A stretch of DNA of 64,000 nucleotides from Sphingomonadaceae bacterium (lineage in GTDB: Bacteria; Pseudomonadota; Alphaproteobacteria; Sphingomonadales; Sphingomonadaceae), in contig CANGJI010000002.1 in the NCBI GenBank assembly GCA_947454135.1, positions 47,655 to 111,654 of the forward strand. Direction: 5' to 3'. Below the pieces are notes generated by a model that worked only from the letters and a program-made list of their open reading frames with translations, ran no database searches and had not been told where the DNA came from. Position numbers and translations under genes: made by a program. Numbering within the stretch: the stretch's first letter is position 1; each line of letters opens with the position of its first letter. Of this stretch, positions 10,001 to 19,225 are shown piece after piece.

Positions 10001-10467
10001 AGCGCAAGCCCGCCGGTCTCGCCTTTGTCGGCATGCCGCAGGCCTGGCTGTTCCAGATCCTCTTCGCGCTGATCTCCCCGCTGATCGACCTTGCGCTCGG
10101 CGTCTCGATATTCGGCACCATCGTCCGGGTGATGCAGCATGGCTGGGCACAGACGCAGACCGACGTGCTGCGCATGGGGCTCTACTGGGCGGCGTTCACC
10201 ACGATCGACCTGCTGTGCGGCTGGGTCGCCTACCGGCTCGATGTGCGCGAGCGGCGTTTCCCGCCGATCCTCCTGCTCAGCCAGCGCTTCGTCTATCGCC
10301 AGCTGATGTACGGCGTGGTCATCCGCGCAGTGGGTGCGGCGCTGCAGGGCCTCGGCATCGGCTGGGGCAAGCTGGAGCGGACGGGCCGCGTCTCGGCAAC
10401 TCAGCTTTCAAACGGGCCGCTTTCAAACGGGCAGGCGCAAGGTGGCAACCAGGCCCTTCCCGCCTGA
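7039..10467 (+). CDS. Trifunctional GH18-like / polysaccharide deacetylase (CE4, NodB) / GT2 membrane protein
   Basis: N-terminal TM; GH18-like VDFENL, LMAYDEHW, GNYGYDW, LWRLGSED; NodB TFDDGP, HSYTHP, RAPY, LLHDGG; GT2 DDGS, LDAD, EDQDL, QRFRW; C-terminal TMs. GTG start after GGGGA SD. Confidence 0.88.
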   Translation: MSRPIFFDPTGRRRRLTRRGAFVGLIVLLMAAVVFATTVVAVPPAAPLPLGFERQAPFPLKTQVSRISHRISQQLSQLFGRNIATAARGTGKGINVGFYTAWTDGSAQTLERHISQLDWVAPTFFSLGQNGNLVVTDDAPMRRILAGALHRPLVVPVLQNAANAKWDGAGATAIMQNPVRRAAFVNQIDAALEKSGDAGVMVDFENLPKPGIAALQTFVRDLRARLAQHHRIVAVTMPIDDPDWSAKRLAAVADKVVLMAYDEHWQGGEPGPIASNGWFAGHLTDQLKGLATDKVIVALGNYGYDWHGGHADVQTVEEAWLSAHDSGTTPTWDKTSGNTGFGYLDDEDSNAATPPERHQVWMLDAAASWNQMQLLSHLGVGSVALWRLGSEDPGFWDVLKAWRNGRGIAPDLSRVKETNNVDVEGNGEILRIDATPEEGSRSVHYIGAQLGRPALIDDERYDRLPTPYVVRRTGDRPKLVALTFDDGPDPKYTPEVLSVLERYHVPATFFIIGENGVAGRSLLQRMVADGDEIGNHSYTHPNLAEDSSTGVKLELNATQRLIEAYTGRSTRLFRAPYFGDAEPTTSDEIGPALIAQKEGYTVVGLHADPGDWMMRSADDIVARTVYAVEHATPDRSANVILLHDGGGNREQTVLALPRIIERLEADGYRLVPASTLAGLKRDDVMPQVKGWDLAAVRIDVAIFSVLAVLLAALNWSFFFAIALGVIRALGLTGLALVPDRRKVPTLDNGYKPVVSVIIPAFNEERVIEESVRRILASDYPHMEVIVADDGSKDRTSEIVAAAFGDNHRVRLMTLVNGGKASALNRALAAASGEIVVALDADTQFEPQTIARLVRWFENERVGAVAGNAKVGNRVNLVTRWQAVEYITAQNIERRALTRFGAIMVVPGAVGAWRRAALNDVGGYPEDTLAEDQDLTIAIQRKGWKVCYDEDAVAWTEAPETLAALSKQRFRWAFGTLQCLWKHRSVLWQRKPAGLAFVGMPQAWLFQILFALISPLIDLALGVSIFGTIVRVMQHGWAQTQTDVLRMGLYWAAFTTIDLLCGWVAYRLDVRERRFPPILLLSQRFVYRQLMYGVVIRAVGAALQGLGIGWGKLERTGRVSATQLSNGPLSNGQAQGGNQALPA

Positions 10468-11838
10468 AGGACCGTCCGCAGCGGGATCGCCAAGCCCGAA
10501 ACTGCCGCCATGGAGCCGCGCCACCGCGGCGACCATGGCAAGGCCCAGTCCGCCGCCGGGCCGGGTGCGCGCATCGTCGAGCCGCACGAACCGTTCGACC
10601 ACCCGCGCCCGGTCGGCTGGCGGAATGCCGGGCCCGTTGTCTTCCACTGCAATCTCGGCCCAGAGCGCTCCATCGGCATCCGGCACGCAGCGCGTGGAAA
10701 CGACGACCGCATCGCCGCCGTACTTGAGCGCGTTGTCGATCAGGTTGGCGAGTGCGCGCGAGACAAGTTCGCGGTCTGCCGGTGCGGTCACCGGCTCCAG
10801 ACGCGCTTCCAGCCGCACCTCGGACTGTTCGGCGAGCGGATCGTAGAGCTCGACGAGGTCTTCTGCGACCGCCGCCAGATCGAGCGTCTGGCGGCGATCC
10901 TCGACCGCGCCGCCCTCGATCAGGCTGATCTCGAGCGCCGTCTCCAGCATGGCGCGCAAGGCATCCGCATCGGCCCGCGCGGCCTGGAGCGCCTCGATCG
11001 CACGCGGCTCATCGACCCGCGCGAGCGCGAGATCGATCGCCGCGGAAAGCCGCGTGACCGGCGAACGCAGATCATGGGCGAGTGCGCCAGAGACCGCGCT
11101 GAGCTGCCCGACGAGTTCGCCGATCCGCTCCGCCATCAGGTTGAGCTGCTGGCGCAAGTGATCGAAGCCGTCACCCGTTCCTTCGATCGGCACCCGCGCG
11201 CCGAAGTTGCCCGAGGCAAGCTCGGCGGCGGTTTCAGCGATGAGGTGCGTGCGCCGACTGATGACGAAGCCAACCACGACAGCGCTCAGCAGCGCCATCA
11301 GCACCGCAACCGCAATGGTCAGTTCGGCGGTGGAAGCGAAAGCCACGTTGATGCGCCGCTCGGTCAGGCTGACCACGCCCACAATAAGTCGCTCGCCGTC
11401 GGGCAACTGGCCGACCAGCGCCAGTCCCTCGCTCGGCGGCTGATCAGGGCCGCGCCTTACCACGACCTGCTGCGGCCGGTTCGCAGGAGCCAGGGCGGGC
11501 ACGCGCACAAGGTTGCTCAGCACCGGCGGGCCCTTGCCGATCAGCGCCACGAACACAGCAGGATCGGCCGCGCTGCCGCGGCGGGCGGTGATGAATTCCG
11601 CCAGTTCCTCACGGCCTCCGTCGTAATAGGCGGCGAGCAGGTCGTCACGTACGTCGGCGACCTGTCGTTCGCGGTCGAGCCGCACGACATCGAGCATCTG
11701 CCCGCGCAGAAACAGGATCACGAGCGCGCTCGAGACCAGTTGCAGCACGAAGATCGCCGTCACCAGCCGCAGCATCGTGGGCGAGAGACCGCGCCGTACG
11801 GTTCGGCGCCCGGATCTCAGAGCGGCGCGCGCCGACAT
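10423..11838 (-). CDS. HAMP-domain sensor histidine kinase
   Basis: Two TMs, HAMP, AHDLRSP H-box, NLIDNALKY, DNGPGI, GGGLGL. 3' end overlaps the GT2 fusion by 45 bp. Confidence 0.9.
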   Translation of the reverse strand: MSARAALRSGRRTVRRGLSPTMLRLVTAIFVLQLVSSALVILFLRGQMLDVVRLDRERQVADVRDDLLAAYYDGGREELAEFITARRGSAADPAVFVALIGKGPPVLSNLVRVPALAPANRPQQVVVRRGPDQPPSEGLALVGQLPDGERLIVGVVSLTERRINVAFASTAELTIAVAVLMALLSAVVVGFVISRRTHLIAETAAELASGNFGARVPIEGTGDGFDHLRQQLNLMAERIGELVGQLSAVSGALAHDLRSPVTRLSAAIDLALARVDEPRAIEALQAARADADALRAMLETALEISLIEGGAVEDRRQTLDLAAVAEDLVELYDPLAEQSEVRLEARLEPVTAPADRELVSRALANLIDNALKYGGDAVVVSTRCVPDADGALWAEIAVEDNGPGIPPADRARVVERFVRLDDARTRPGGGLGLAMVAAVARLHGGSFGLGDPAADGPSGGKGLVATLRLPV

Positions 11839-11846
11839 GAGCGCGG

Positions 11847-12536
11847 TCAGTCCGCCGCGAGCCGGTAACCAGCCCCGCGCACGGTGTGGAACAGGGTCTG
11901 CTCCTCGCCGTCATCGATCTTGCGGCGCAGGCGGCTGATATGGACGTCGATCACGTTGGTGCCGGGATCGAAGTGATAATCCCACACCGCCTCGAGCAGC
12001 ATGGTCCGCGTCACGACCTCACCGGCATGCATCAGCATGTATTCGAGCAGGCGGAACTCGCGCGGCTGGAGCGCGATCTTGCGCGCGCCCCGCCGGACCT
12101 GCCGGGTCAGGCGATCAAGTTCGAGATCGGCGCAGCGCAGGGTGGTTTCCTCCGCCTGTCGCACGCCGCCGGTGGAGCGGCGCAGGAGCGCCTGGATCCG
12201 CGCGAGCAACTCACCGAATGAAAACGGCTTGCCGAGGTAGTCGTCCGCCCCGGCGGTGAGCCCGGCGATGCGGTCGTCGGTGCTCGCGAGGGCGGACAGC
12301 ATGATCACAGGCGTCGTCATCTCGGCTGCGCGCATGGCCTTGAGCACCGCCAGCCCGTCCATGCCCGGCAACATGCGATCCAGCACGACGACATCGAACT
12401 GGCTGTCCGTCGCAAGGAAAAGACCGTCGCGGCCATTTCCGGCGCGGTCTACGGTGAAACCTTCCTCGGCAAGCCCGGACATGATGTAGTCCGCGATCTG
12501 GGTATCATCCTCGACGAGCAGAATGCGTCCTGCCAC
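11847..12536 (-). CDS. OmpR-family response regulator (CusR/CzcR-like)
   Basis: ILLVEDD, LDRMLP, DDYLGKPF, winged-helix TNVIDVHISRLRRK, TVRGAGY. Likely GTG start at 12536. Confidence 0.92.
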   Translation of the reverse strand: MAGRILLVEDDTQIADYIMSGLAEEGFTVDRAGNGRDGLFLATDSQFDVVVLDRMLPGMDGLAVLKAMRAAEMTTPVIMLSALASTDDRIAGLTAGADDYLGKPFSFGELLARIQALLRRSTGGVRQAEETTLRCADLELDRLTRQVRRGARKIALQPREFRLLEYMLMHAGEVVTRTMLLEAVWDYHFDPGTNVIDVHISRLRRKIDDGEEQTLFHTVRGAGYRLAAD

Positions 12537-12896
12537 TGGGCTATTTCCATCTTGAAGCAAAAGCGAAGTCCTGATCACCTACAATGGAGGCCGCCGCAAC
12601 CCCCGGCAAGAGCTTTCGCGAGCCAAGTAAAGCCCTCTGGCATCAAGCCGAATAGCCGGACCTGAACGCCGGGTTTACCGCAACGAAATGTTGCTGAAAT
12701 TTTCCGCTAAGTCATGGCGAAGAATCGCGTTAAGACGCGCGCAAATCGCAGCGGATCATCTGCCGTTAAGGGAGGCTTTCGCGCGATTTTGCTTGATCAA
12801 TGCCGGTGCGCGATGACGCGGCGCGCTGGACCTAGTACCACACGGGCGCCGTTTGCCATCGCGGCAAGGCTCCCCATGCCGGATGACGAGATACTG

Positions 12897-15800
12897 ATGG
12901 ACAGCTCAACCCCGATGGCCCGCACCTTCAAGCATGCCGCCAAGAACGTAGCAAACCTCCTTGCCACGGCCGCACCGGCTGCCCTGATGGCAGGCGCTGC
13001 CCCGGCGCTTGCCGACACCACCGTCAGCACCGCGACGACCGTTCCGCTGGTGACGTCGACAGCCGGTGCCGTGACCGTGGCGAGCGGCGGCATCATCAAG
13101 CTCGACACCGGCACTGCAGTGACGGTCGATGCCTCGAAGGATGTCACGGTGGCGAGCGGCGGCACGCTCAACATGGGCGCGGGCGACGGCGCGGCGGGCG
13201 TTGTCGTCCAGAGCGGGACCACCTCGAACGTCTCGAACGCCGGCACGATCCAGGTGCTCGAAACCTTCACCCCGCCCGATGCCGACAACAACGGCATCCC
13301 CGAAGGCCCCATCGCCCAGGCGACCGGGCGCTATGGCATTCGCGTGGCGCCGGGCGGCACGGCTACGGGCACCATTTCGAACACCGGCACGATCACCATC
13401 GACGGCCTGAACTCTGCCGGCATCTCGGTTGATTCCGCGCTGACCGGCGCGGTCACCAACACCGGGACGATCAAGGTCAAGGGCGACAACTCGGTCGGCA
13501 TCCGCACCGGTGCGGTTTCCGGCAACGTTTCGGCTGGCGGCACCATCGGCGTGGTCGGCAGCGGCGCGCAAGCGCTTGTGGTGAACGGCGATGTCGGCGG
13601 CTACGTCAAGATCAACGGCTCGCTCTCGCAGGCAGCCAGCTACACCGCCGACAGCGGCGCGACGCAGAACCTGCCGCGCAGCGCGCTGTCCACCGGCAAG
13701 GCTGCGGTCGAGATCAACGGCAACGTCGCTGGCGGCGTGATCGTGACCACGGCCTCCAGCAGCGGCTCGACCACCGAGACCACGGGTTCGATCCAGTCGA
13801 TCGGCAACAGCCCCGCGATCCAGATCGGCGGCGCGAACAACATCACCATCGGCGGCGGCGCAAGCAGCACCGGCACCTATTCGCTCGGGATCGACGGCAG
13901 CGTCACCGCCAATGCGACGTTCAGCTCGACCAATGCCTCGGGCGTGGTGATCGGCGGCAAGGGCGGCAATGTCACGCTCACCAACGGCATCGGCGTCAGC
14001 GGCAACGTGACCGCGACGACGGTGGATTCGGGTGCGGTCGGCATCCTCATCAATGCCGGCTCGACCGTCCCCTCGCTCTACAACACCGGCACGATCAGCG
14101 CGGTGATCAGCCAGCCGGGCATCGGCTCGTCGGCGGCGATCAAGGATCTTTCCGGCACGCTCACCACGATCACCAACAACAAGACGATCTCGGTGACCGG
14201 TTCGAGCGAAGACCAGCTCGCGGCGATCGACGTCTCGGCCAACACCTCGGGCGTGACGATCAAGCAGTCGCTCAACAGCACCGACGCCGCCTCGCAGACC
14301 ACCGACAAGGCGGCGACGGGCTACAACCCCGATACTGCCAAGGTCTACACCTCGATCAAGGGCAACATCTACACCGGCAGCGGCAATGATACGCTCGATA
14401 TCGGCTCGGGCACTGTCACCGGCAACACCTTCCTTGGCGCCGGGAACGATACCGTGAAGCTGGCGGATGACGCCAAGTATACCGGCAACATCGATTTCGG
14501 CACCGGCACGGCTGCGCTCTCGATGGCAGGCAATTCGCGTTTCACCGGCACGCTGATCCTGGGCGATCAGGTCGGCACGCTGACCCTTGCCGACAATGCG
14601 ATCTATCGCGGCACCGTCACCGGCGGTTCGCAGCTTGCCGTCACCGTCAATGGCGGCACGTTCGGCGCCAACTCGGCCATCACGACGACGGTCCAGTCGA
14701 TCAATGTGGGCGCGAACGGTACGCTCGGCGTCTACGTCGATGGCACGACGGGCACGTCGTCCAAGCTCGTCGCCGATACCGCGAACTTCGCCAGCGGAGC
14801 CAAGATTTCGGCGAAGGTCACCTCGCTGGCCAAGGCGGAGGGCACCTACACCGTGCTCAGCGCCGGCACGCTCACGGGCGGCGCCAATGTCGGCAGCTCG
14901 GCGCTCAATCTGCCGGTGCTGTTCAAGGGCACCGTCGCGGCAGTGGGCAACGACGTGACGCTGACCATCGCGCGCAAGTCCGCTGCTGAAATCGGGCTCA
15001 ACGTCCCGCAGTCGCAGGCCTACAGCGCGATCCTCGCCAACGCCGCGCAGGACACGCTGCTGCAATCGAGCCTGTTGCAGGCGGCTGATACCGCCACGCT
15101 GCAGACCCAGTTCAACCAGATGCTGCCTGACTATGCCGGCGGCTCGCTCGATCTGCTCACCCGCGGCACGCGCCTCGCCGCCCGCCGGATTGACGATGAT
15201 TCGAGCTGGTTCACGATCAGCGATGCCGGTGCGTGGATCGAGCCGATCTACTTCAAGGGCAAGAAGACGGCCGGCGCCACCCAGGGCTACAGCAACAGCG
15301 GCGGCGGTCTCTCGCTCGGCTTCGAAAAGGCGCTGGGCTTTGGCCACGTCGGCGGCTCGTTCACCTACTTCTCGGGCAATTCGACCACCGATGCCACGCA
15401 GAAGGTCAAGGTGAGCGATATCGAACTCGCGGCGTTCTGGCGCCTCGCCTCGGGCCCGATCTATGCTTATGCGCGCGTCGGTTATGGCCGGCCCTCGTTC
15501 ACTTCGACCCGCACCTTCACCGGCTCGGTCGACAGCCAGTCGTTCAACTACAGCGCGAGCGGCAAGTGGAAGGGCACGATGATTTCGGGCTCGGGCGGCA
15601 TTTCCTATGCGGTTCCGATCGGCGATCACTTCAAGATCAAGCCGCGTGCGACCATCGAATACTTCCGCCTGAAGGAAAACGGCTACACCGAAGCCGGTAA
15701 CGCGCCGCTGGCGCTGACGCTGGCGAGCCGCACCAGCACGGTCGCCAATGCCAACACCACGCTGGTGGCAAGCTGGAGCAGCGCTCCGGGCGACTACGAG

Positions 15801-16073
15801 AACCGCCCCTTCACCGTCGAGGTCGAGGGTGGCCGCCGCAGTCGGATTTCCGGCGAAGTCGGCAACACCATCGCCACGTTCAACCGCGGTGCGGCAAGCG
15901 GCGGCGATACCTTCACGCTCACCGGCCAGCAGCTGCCTTCGGCCTGGGTCGGCGAAGTCAGCCTGATGCAGGGCGGGCTCGACTACACGTGGAAGATCGG
16001 CTTCGGCTACGAAAAGCTGGAAGGCGGCGGCACGGGCTATTCGGGCCGCGCGTCGCTCGCCATCGCGCTGTAA
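12897..16073 (+). CDS. Autotransporter-like outer membrane protein (G/T/S-rich beta-helical passenger plus C-terminal beta-barrel)
   Basis: Signal peptide ending APALA|DT; repetitive ISNTGTI/GxI passenger; aromatic-alternating C-terminal barrel. Start 12897 or 12915. Confidence 0.8.
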   Translation: MDSSTPMARTFKHAAKNVANLLATAAPAALMAGAAPALADTTVSTATTVPLVTSTAGAVTVASGGIIKLDTGTAVTVDASKDVTVASGGTLNMGAGDGAAGVVVQSGTTSNVSNAGTIQVLETFTPPDADNNGIPEGPIAQATGRYGIRVAPGGTATGTISNTGTITIDGLNSAGISVDSALTGAVTNTGTIKVKGDNSVGIRTGAVSGNVSAGGTIGVVGSGAQALVVNGDVGGYVKINGSLSQAASYTADSGATQNLPRSALSTGKAAVEINGNVAGGVIVTTASSSGSTTETTGSIQSIGNSPAIQIGGANNITIGGGASSTGTYSLGIDGSVTANATFSSTNASGVVIGGKGGNVTLTNGIGVSGNVTATTVDSGAVGILINAGSTVPSLYNTGTISAVISQPGIGSSAAIKDLSGTLTTITNNKTISVTGSSEDQLAAIDVSANTSGVTIKQSLNSTDAASQTTDKAATGYNPDTAKVYTSIKGNIYTGSGNDTLDIGSGTVTGNTFLGAGNDTVKLADDAKYTGNIDFGTGTAALSMAGNSRFTGTLILGDQVGTLTLADNAIYRGTVTGGSQLAVTVNGGTFGANSAITTTVQSINVGANGTLGVYVDGTTGTSSKLVADTANFASGAKISAKVTSLAKAEGTYTVLSAGTLTGGANVGSSALNLPVLFKGTVAAVGNDVTLTIARKSAAEIGLNVPQSQAYSAILANAAQDTLLQSSLLQAADTATLQTQFNQMLPDYAGGSLDLLTRGTRLAARRIDDDSSWFTISDAGAWIEPIYFKGKKTAGATQGYSNSGGGLSLGFEKALGFGHVGGSFTYFSGNSTTDATQKVKVSDIELAAFWRLASGPIYAYARVGYGRPSFTSTRTFTGSVDSQSFNYSASGKWKGTMISGSGGISYAVPIGDHFKIKPRATIEYFRLKENGYTEAGNAPLALTLASRTSTVANANTTLVASWSSAPGDYENRPFTVEVEGGRRSRISGEVGNTIATFNRGAASGGDTFTLTGQQLPSAWVGEVSLMQGGLDYTWKIGFGYEKLEGGGTGYSGRASLAIAL

Positions 16074-16097
16074 GGCTGGCAGCCGCGCAAACGATCA

Positions 16098-16126
16098 GGG
16101 GGTGGCCGCAAGGCTGCCCCCTTTTT
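16098..16126 (+). terminator. Rho-independent terminator
   Basis: GGGGGTGGCC-GCAA-GGCTGCCCCC followed by TTTTT, between convergent genes. Confidence 0.8.
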
Positions 16127-16130
16127 CGTA

Positions 16131-17276
16131 TCAGGCGCCAGCCAGCACCGGCTGCGCCTGGAACCACGGCACCATGCGCGCGATCGCTTCTTCCACCAGC
16201 GGAGTGGAAACGGCGAAGCTGAAGCGGATGAAGCGGTGCCCATCGACAGGATCGAAATCGATCCCCGGCGCGGTCGCGACGCCGGTTTCCTCGAGCAGGC
16301 GGATGCAGAACGCCATCGAGTCCTGCGTCAGGTGGCCGACATCGGCATAGACGTAGAACGCGCCGTCGGGCGGAGCGATGCGGGCGAGGCCCATGGCAGG
16401 CAGCGCCGCCAGCAGCAGATCGCGGTTGCGCGCGTATGTGCGGACATGGCCGTCGAGTTCCTCGGCACAATCAAGCGCGGCGAGCCCGGCATGCTGGCTG
16501 AGCGAAGGCGGGGTCAGGAACAGGTTGCCCATCCGCGCGCGGGCCTGACCGATCAGATCTTCCGGCACGACCAGCCAACCGAGCCGCCAGCCCGGCATGC
16601 TGAAATACTTGGAGAAGCTGTTCACGACGATTGCCGCGTCGTCGAACGGCAGCATCGAACTGGCGGGAGCGCCATACGTGATGCCCTGATAGATCTCGTC
16701 CGAGACGATGCGGATCCCGCGCTCGCGGCAGACCTCGGCAATCGCCGCCATTTCTTCCGGCGCGATGACCGTGCCGGTGGGGTTGGCGGGGCTGGCGATG
16801 ATCACGCCGTCGGGCGCCGGATCGAGCGCGGCAAGCGCGGCGGCGGTGATCTGGTAGCCCACGTCGGGTCCGCAAGGCAGCTCGACCGGCTCGATCGAGA
16901 GCGCGCGCAGGGTGTTGCGATAGGCAACGTAGCCCGGCCGCGCGATGGCGACGCGCGCCCCCGGAGCAAAGCGCAGCGAAAGTGCGATCACCAGCGCGGG
17001 CGATGCGCCGCAGGTGAGCACGATCTGCTGCGGCGAAACGGCGACCCCGGTCGTCTCCTCGACATGCCGCGCCAGCCGCGCCAGCAATTCGGTGCTTTCC
17101 CAGTAGCCCTTGTCTTCCTCATCGAGCACGGCGCGGGCGCGGGCGAGCGCAGCAGCCGGCGCGCCGGTCGATGGCTGGCCATACTCCATGCGGATCACGG
17201 ATCGCCCCTCGGCGATGAGACGCTGGGCGATGGCGGAAATGGTGATGGCATGAAACGGATCGAGCTCGGGAGTCAT
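16131..17276 (-). CDS. PLP-dependent aminotransferase class I/II
   Basis: SPANPTG, SDEIY, NSFSKYFSMPGWRLGW. Start MTPELDPF at 17276. Confidence 0.9.
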   Translation of the reverse strand: MTPELDPFHAITISAIAQRLIAEGRSVIRMEYGQPSTGAPAAALARARAVLDEEDKGYWESTELLARLARHVEETTGVAVSPQQIVLTCGASPALVIALSLRFAPGARVAIARPGYVAYRNTLRALSIEPVELPCGPDVGYQITAAALAALDPAPDGVIIASPANPTGTVIAPEEMAAIAEVCRERGIRIVSDEIYQGITYGAPASSMLPFDDAAIVVNSFSKYFSMPGWRLGWLVVPEDLIGQARARMGNLFLTPPSLSQHAGLAALDCAEELDGHVRTYARNRDLLLAALPAMGLARIAPPDGAFYVYADVGHLTQDSMAFCIRLLEETGVATAPGIDFDPVDGHRFIRFSFAVSTPLVEEAIARMVPWFQAQPVLAGA

Positions 17277-17406
17277 GCGCCGTGGCCTAGCACCAGGCAG
17301 GGAGCCGCGCAAAGGCGCTAGAGTTGACAACGGCGGGTGCGCGGGCGAGCCTTGCATGCAGATCCGGGCGAACCAATCGCACCGGACGCTGCGGGAGAGC
17401 CATACC

Positions 17407-17928
17407 ATGTCCACATCCACCGGCGCAGGCGCGCCGCCACAGATGCCCCTGGGGCAGGCCGCGATCGTCACGCTTGGCGTGATCGTCCTGATCGCCGGTT
17501 TCGTCGCGCTCGGGGCATGGCTTCACGTCACGCCGCTCTATGCCGGGTTCCTGCTGCTGTGGGCGTGGTCGGCGCTGCACGAGCTGTCGATGAAGGCCTT
17601 GCCGGGCGCACTGATCGGCGCGCTGACGGGCGCTGGCATGAGCTTCCTGCTGCAGACCGGCGCCGCGACCGGCAACACGGCGCTGATCATCGCGGCGCTG
17701 CTGCTGATGGTCGTCGCGCTGTTCCTCGTCGTCGCAGGCCGCGCGGCGCTGGCGTGCAACCAGAGCACCATGCTGTTCATCACCGTGCTCAATGCCCCGG
17801 TGATCCAGGCCGGCGAGGATTTCCGCCAGGTGATCGTGGCCATTGCGCTGGGCGCGGTGTGGTTCGGCATTGTCGCCTGGGTGATCAGCCGGATCGTTCC
17901 TGCCCCGGCTGCTGCACCGGCGTCCTAG
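17407..17928 (+). CDS. Small multi-pass membrane protein (weak DUF1097-like resemblance)
   Basis: 173 aa, about 6 hydrophobic segments, YAGFLLLWAW segment. Confidence 0.6.
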   Translation: MSTSTGAGAPPQMPLGQAAIVTLGVIVLIAGFVALGAWLHVTPLYAGFLLLWAWSALHELSMKALPGALIGALTGAGMSFLLQTGAATGNTALIIAALLLMVVALFLVVAGRAALACNQSTMLFITVLNAPVIQAGEDFRQVIVAIALGAVWFGIVAWVISRIVPAPAAAPAS

Positions 17929-18602
17929 CAGCTCGCGACGGGCTGCGCGGGCGAGGGGTTGTAGATCTGCGTCAGATCGCGGTCGTCGCGCACGTAGAGC
18001 GCGGCTTCCTTGCGGATGACCTTCGAGGGCAGGACGCTGCCGAGGAAGAACGGCTTGTAGTTGTAGGCGATCTCCACGAACATGATCGCGGTGCCGGCAT
18101 CGGCGGTCATCTTCGTGTCGGTGAAGCCCATGCCCGCAAACGCGGTGCCAGTGGCCCCGGTTCCCTGCGGGCCATAGCGCGAAACCCACGAGTTCAGGCC
18201 CCAGCAGCGCTGCCAGGCAATCCACTGGCCGCCCGAACTGTTGACCTGCAGGCTGGAGAGAATGATGCGGCCACGCGTGGGGATCTGAAGATCCTCGCTC
18301 TGCAGGGCGGCGGCGCGGAACACCTGGTTGACGTCATACTCGCGGAACTGCGGCGCGCCGTTGACCTGAGTCTGCTTGGCGCGGCTGGCATTGTCCGCGA
18401 CGGTGATCGCAAGCTGGTTGAGCCGCACGTGGATCAGCGCAAGGTTGACCACCTCGACCCCAGACAGGGTCAAGCCCATGAGGAACGGCAGGGCAAGGCC
18501 AAGCTCGACCGCGCTCACCGCGCTGGTGCTCTTCGCAATGCGCCCGAGAAAGCGCCGCAGGCGCATGGCCGCCGGGGTGCCGGGATGGGAGCGGGGCATC
18601 AT
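17925..18602 (-). CDS. TadE/TadG family Flp pilus minor pilin
   Basis: SAVSAVELGLALP pilin-like N-terminal helix, ITVADNASR, VEIAYNYKP. ATGA overlap with the upstream gene. Confidence 0.8.
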   Translation of the reverse strand: MMPRSHPGTPAAMRLRRFLGRIAKSTSAVSAVELGLALPFLMGLTLSGVEVVNLALIHVRLNQLAITVADNASRAKQTQVNGAPQFREYDVNQVFRAAALQSEDLQIPTRGRIILSSLQVNSSGGQWIAWQRCWGLNSWVSRYGPQGTGATGTAFAGMGFTDTKMTADAGTAIMFVEIAYNYKPFFLGSVLPSKVIRKEAALYVRDDRDLTQIYNPSPAQPVASC

Positions 18603-19225
18603 GCTGGACATACCGAGACCCCGGTGCGGGTAGCCTGTGTGGCGAAGGGCTGGTTCCTCAGAATGGTCGTCTGCGGGACGGTCTGGTACGCGGGCAGGCC
18701 GAACATCTTGGCGAAGCCGAACCACTGCGGGTACGTCACGGTGACGGTGTAGACCACGACATCGTTCGCGCCGCCGAGGCCGGTCTTGCCCATGTCGGCA
18801 TCCCACACATTGTTGCCGTTCATGTCGACGAAGCATTCCTTGTTGTCATAGACACCGTTACCGTTGGTGTCCGTGAAGTCCTCGGGCATGCCGGCGGAGG
18901 TGAAGTCCGCATAGTTCTTGCGCGTGAAGGTGACGCTGGCGGTCGGTATCACGTAGAGAATGTTCTTCTGGACCAGCGAATCCAGTGTTGCCGAATTCGT
19001 CTGGCCGCTCTGCATCGAAGACTTGCGCGCCGCCGCATTGATCGACCCGATCAGGACAGTGCGCACGTAGTAGCCCTGCGCAACCTGGATCGATCCGAAC
19101 ACCACGAGGAAGAGGATCGGCGCCGTCAAGGCGAACTCGACCGCGCTGACCCCGCGCGCGTCGCGCAGCAGCCACCGGCCGCGCAGACGGCGCAGGGCGA
19201 GCCGCAGGGGATGACGCGCCATCAC
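18599..19225 (-). CDS. TadE family Flp pilus minor pilin
   Basis: DARGVSAVEFALTAP prepilin motif, GANDVVVYTVTVTY, TTILRNQPF. Confidence 0.85.
   Translation of the reverse strand: MMARHPLRLALRRLRGRWLLRDARGVSAVEFALTAPILFLVVFGSIQVAQGYYVRTVLIGSINAAARKSSMQSGQTNSATLDSLVQKNILYVIPTASVTFTRKNYADFTSAGMPEDFTDTNGNGVYDNKECFVDMNGNNVWDADMGKTGLGGANDVVVYTVTVTYPQWFGFAKMFGLPAYQTVPQTTILRNQPFATQATRTGVSVCPA

Noticed and set aside
6943-10140. 1065-aa - strand ORF
   Set aside because: Antisense shadow of the GH18-CE4-GT2 gene.
12584-12592. ATGGAGGCC match to the tRNA-Cys 3' end as a possible att site
   Set aside because: Only 9 bp, expected by chance in 64 kb; flanks do not align and no integrase is present.
12906-15629. 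907-aa - strand ORF
   Set aside because: Antisense shadow of the autotransporter; Arg/Gly/Asp-rich mirror translation.
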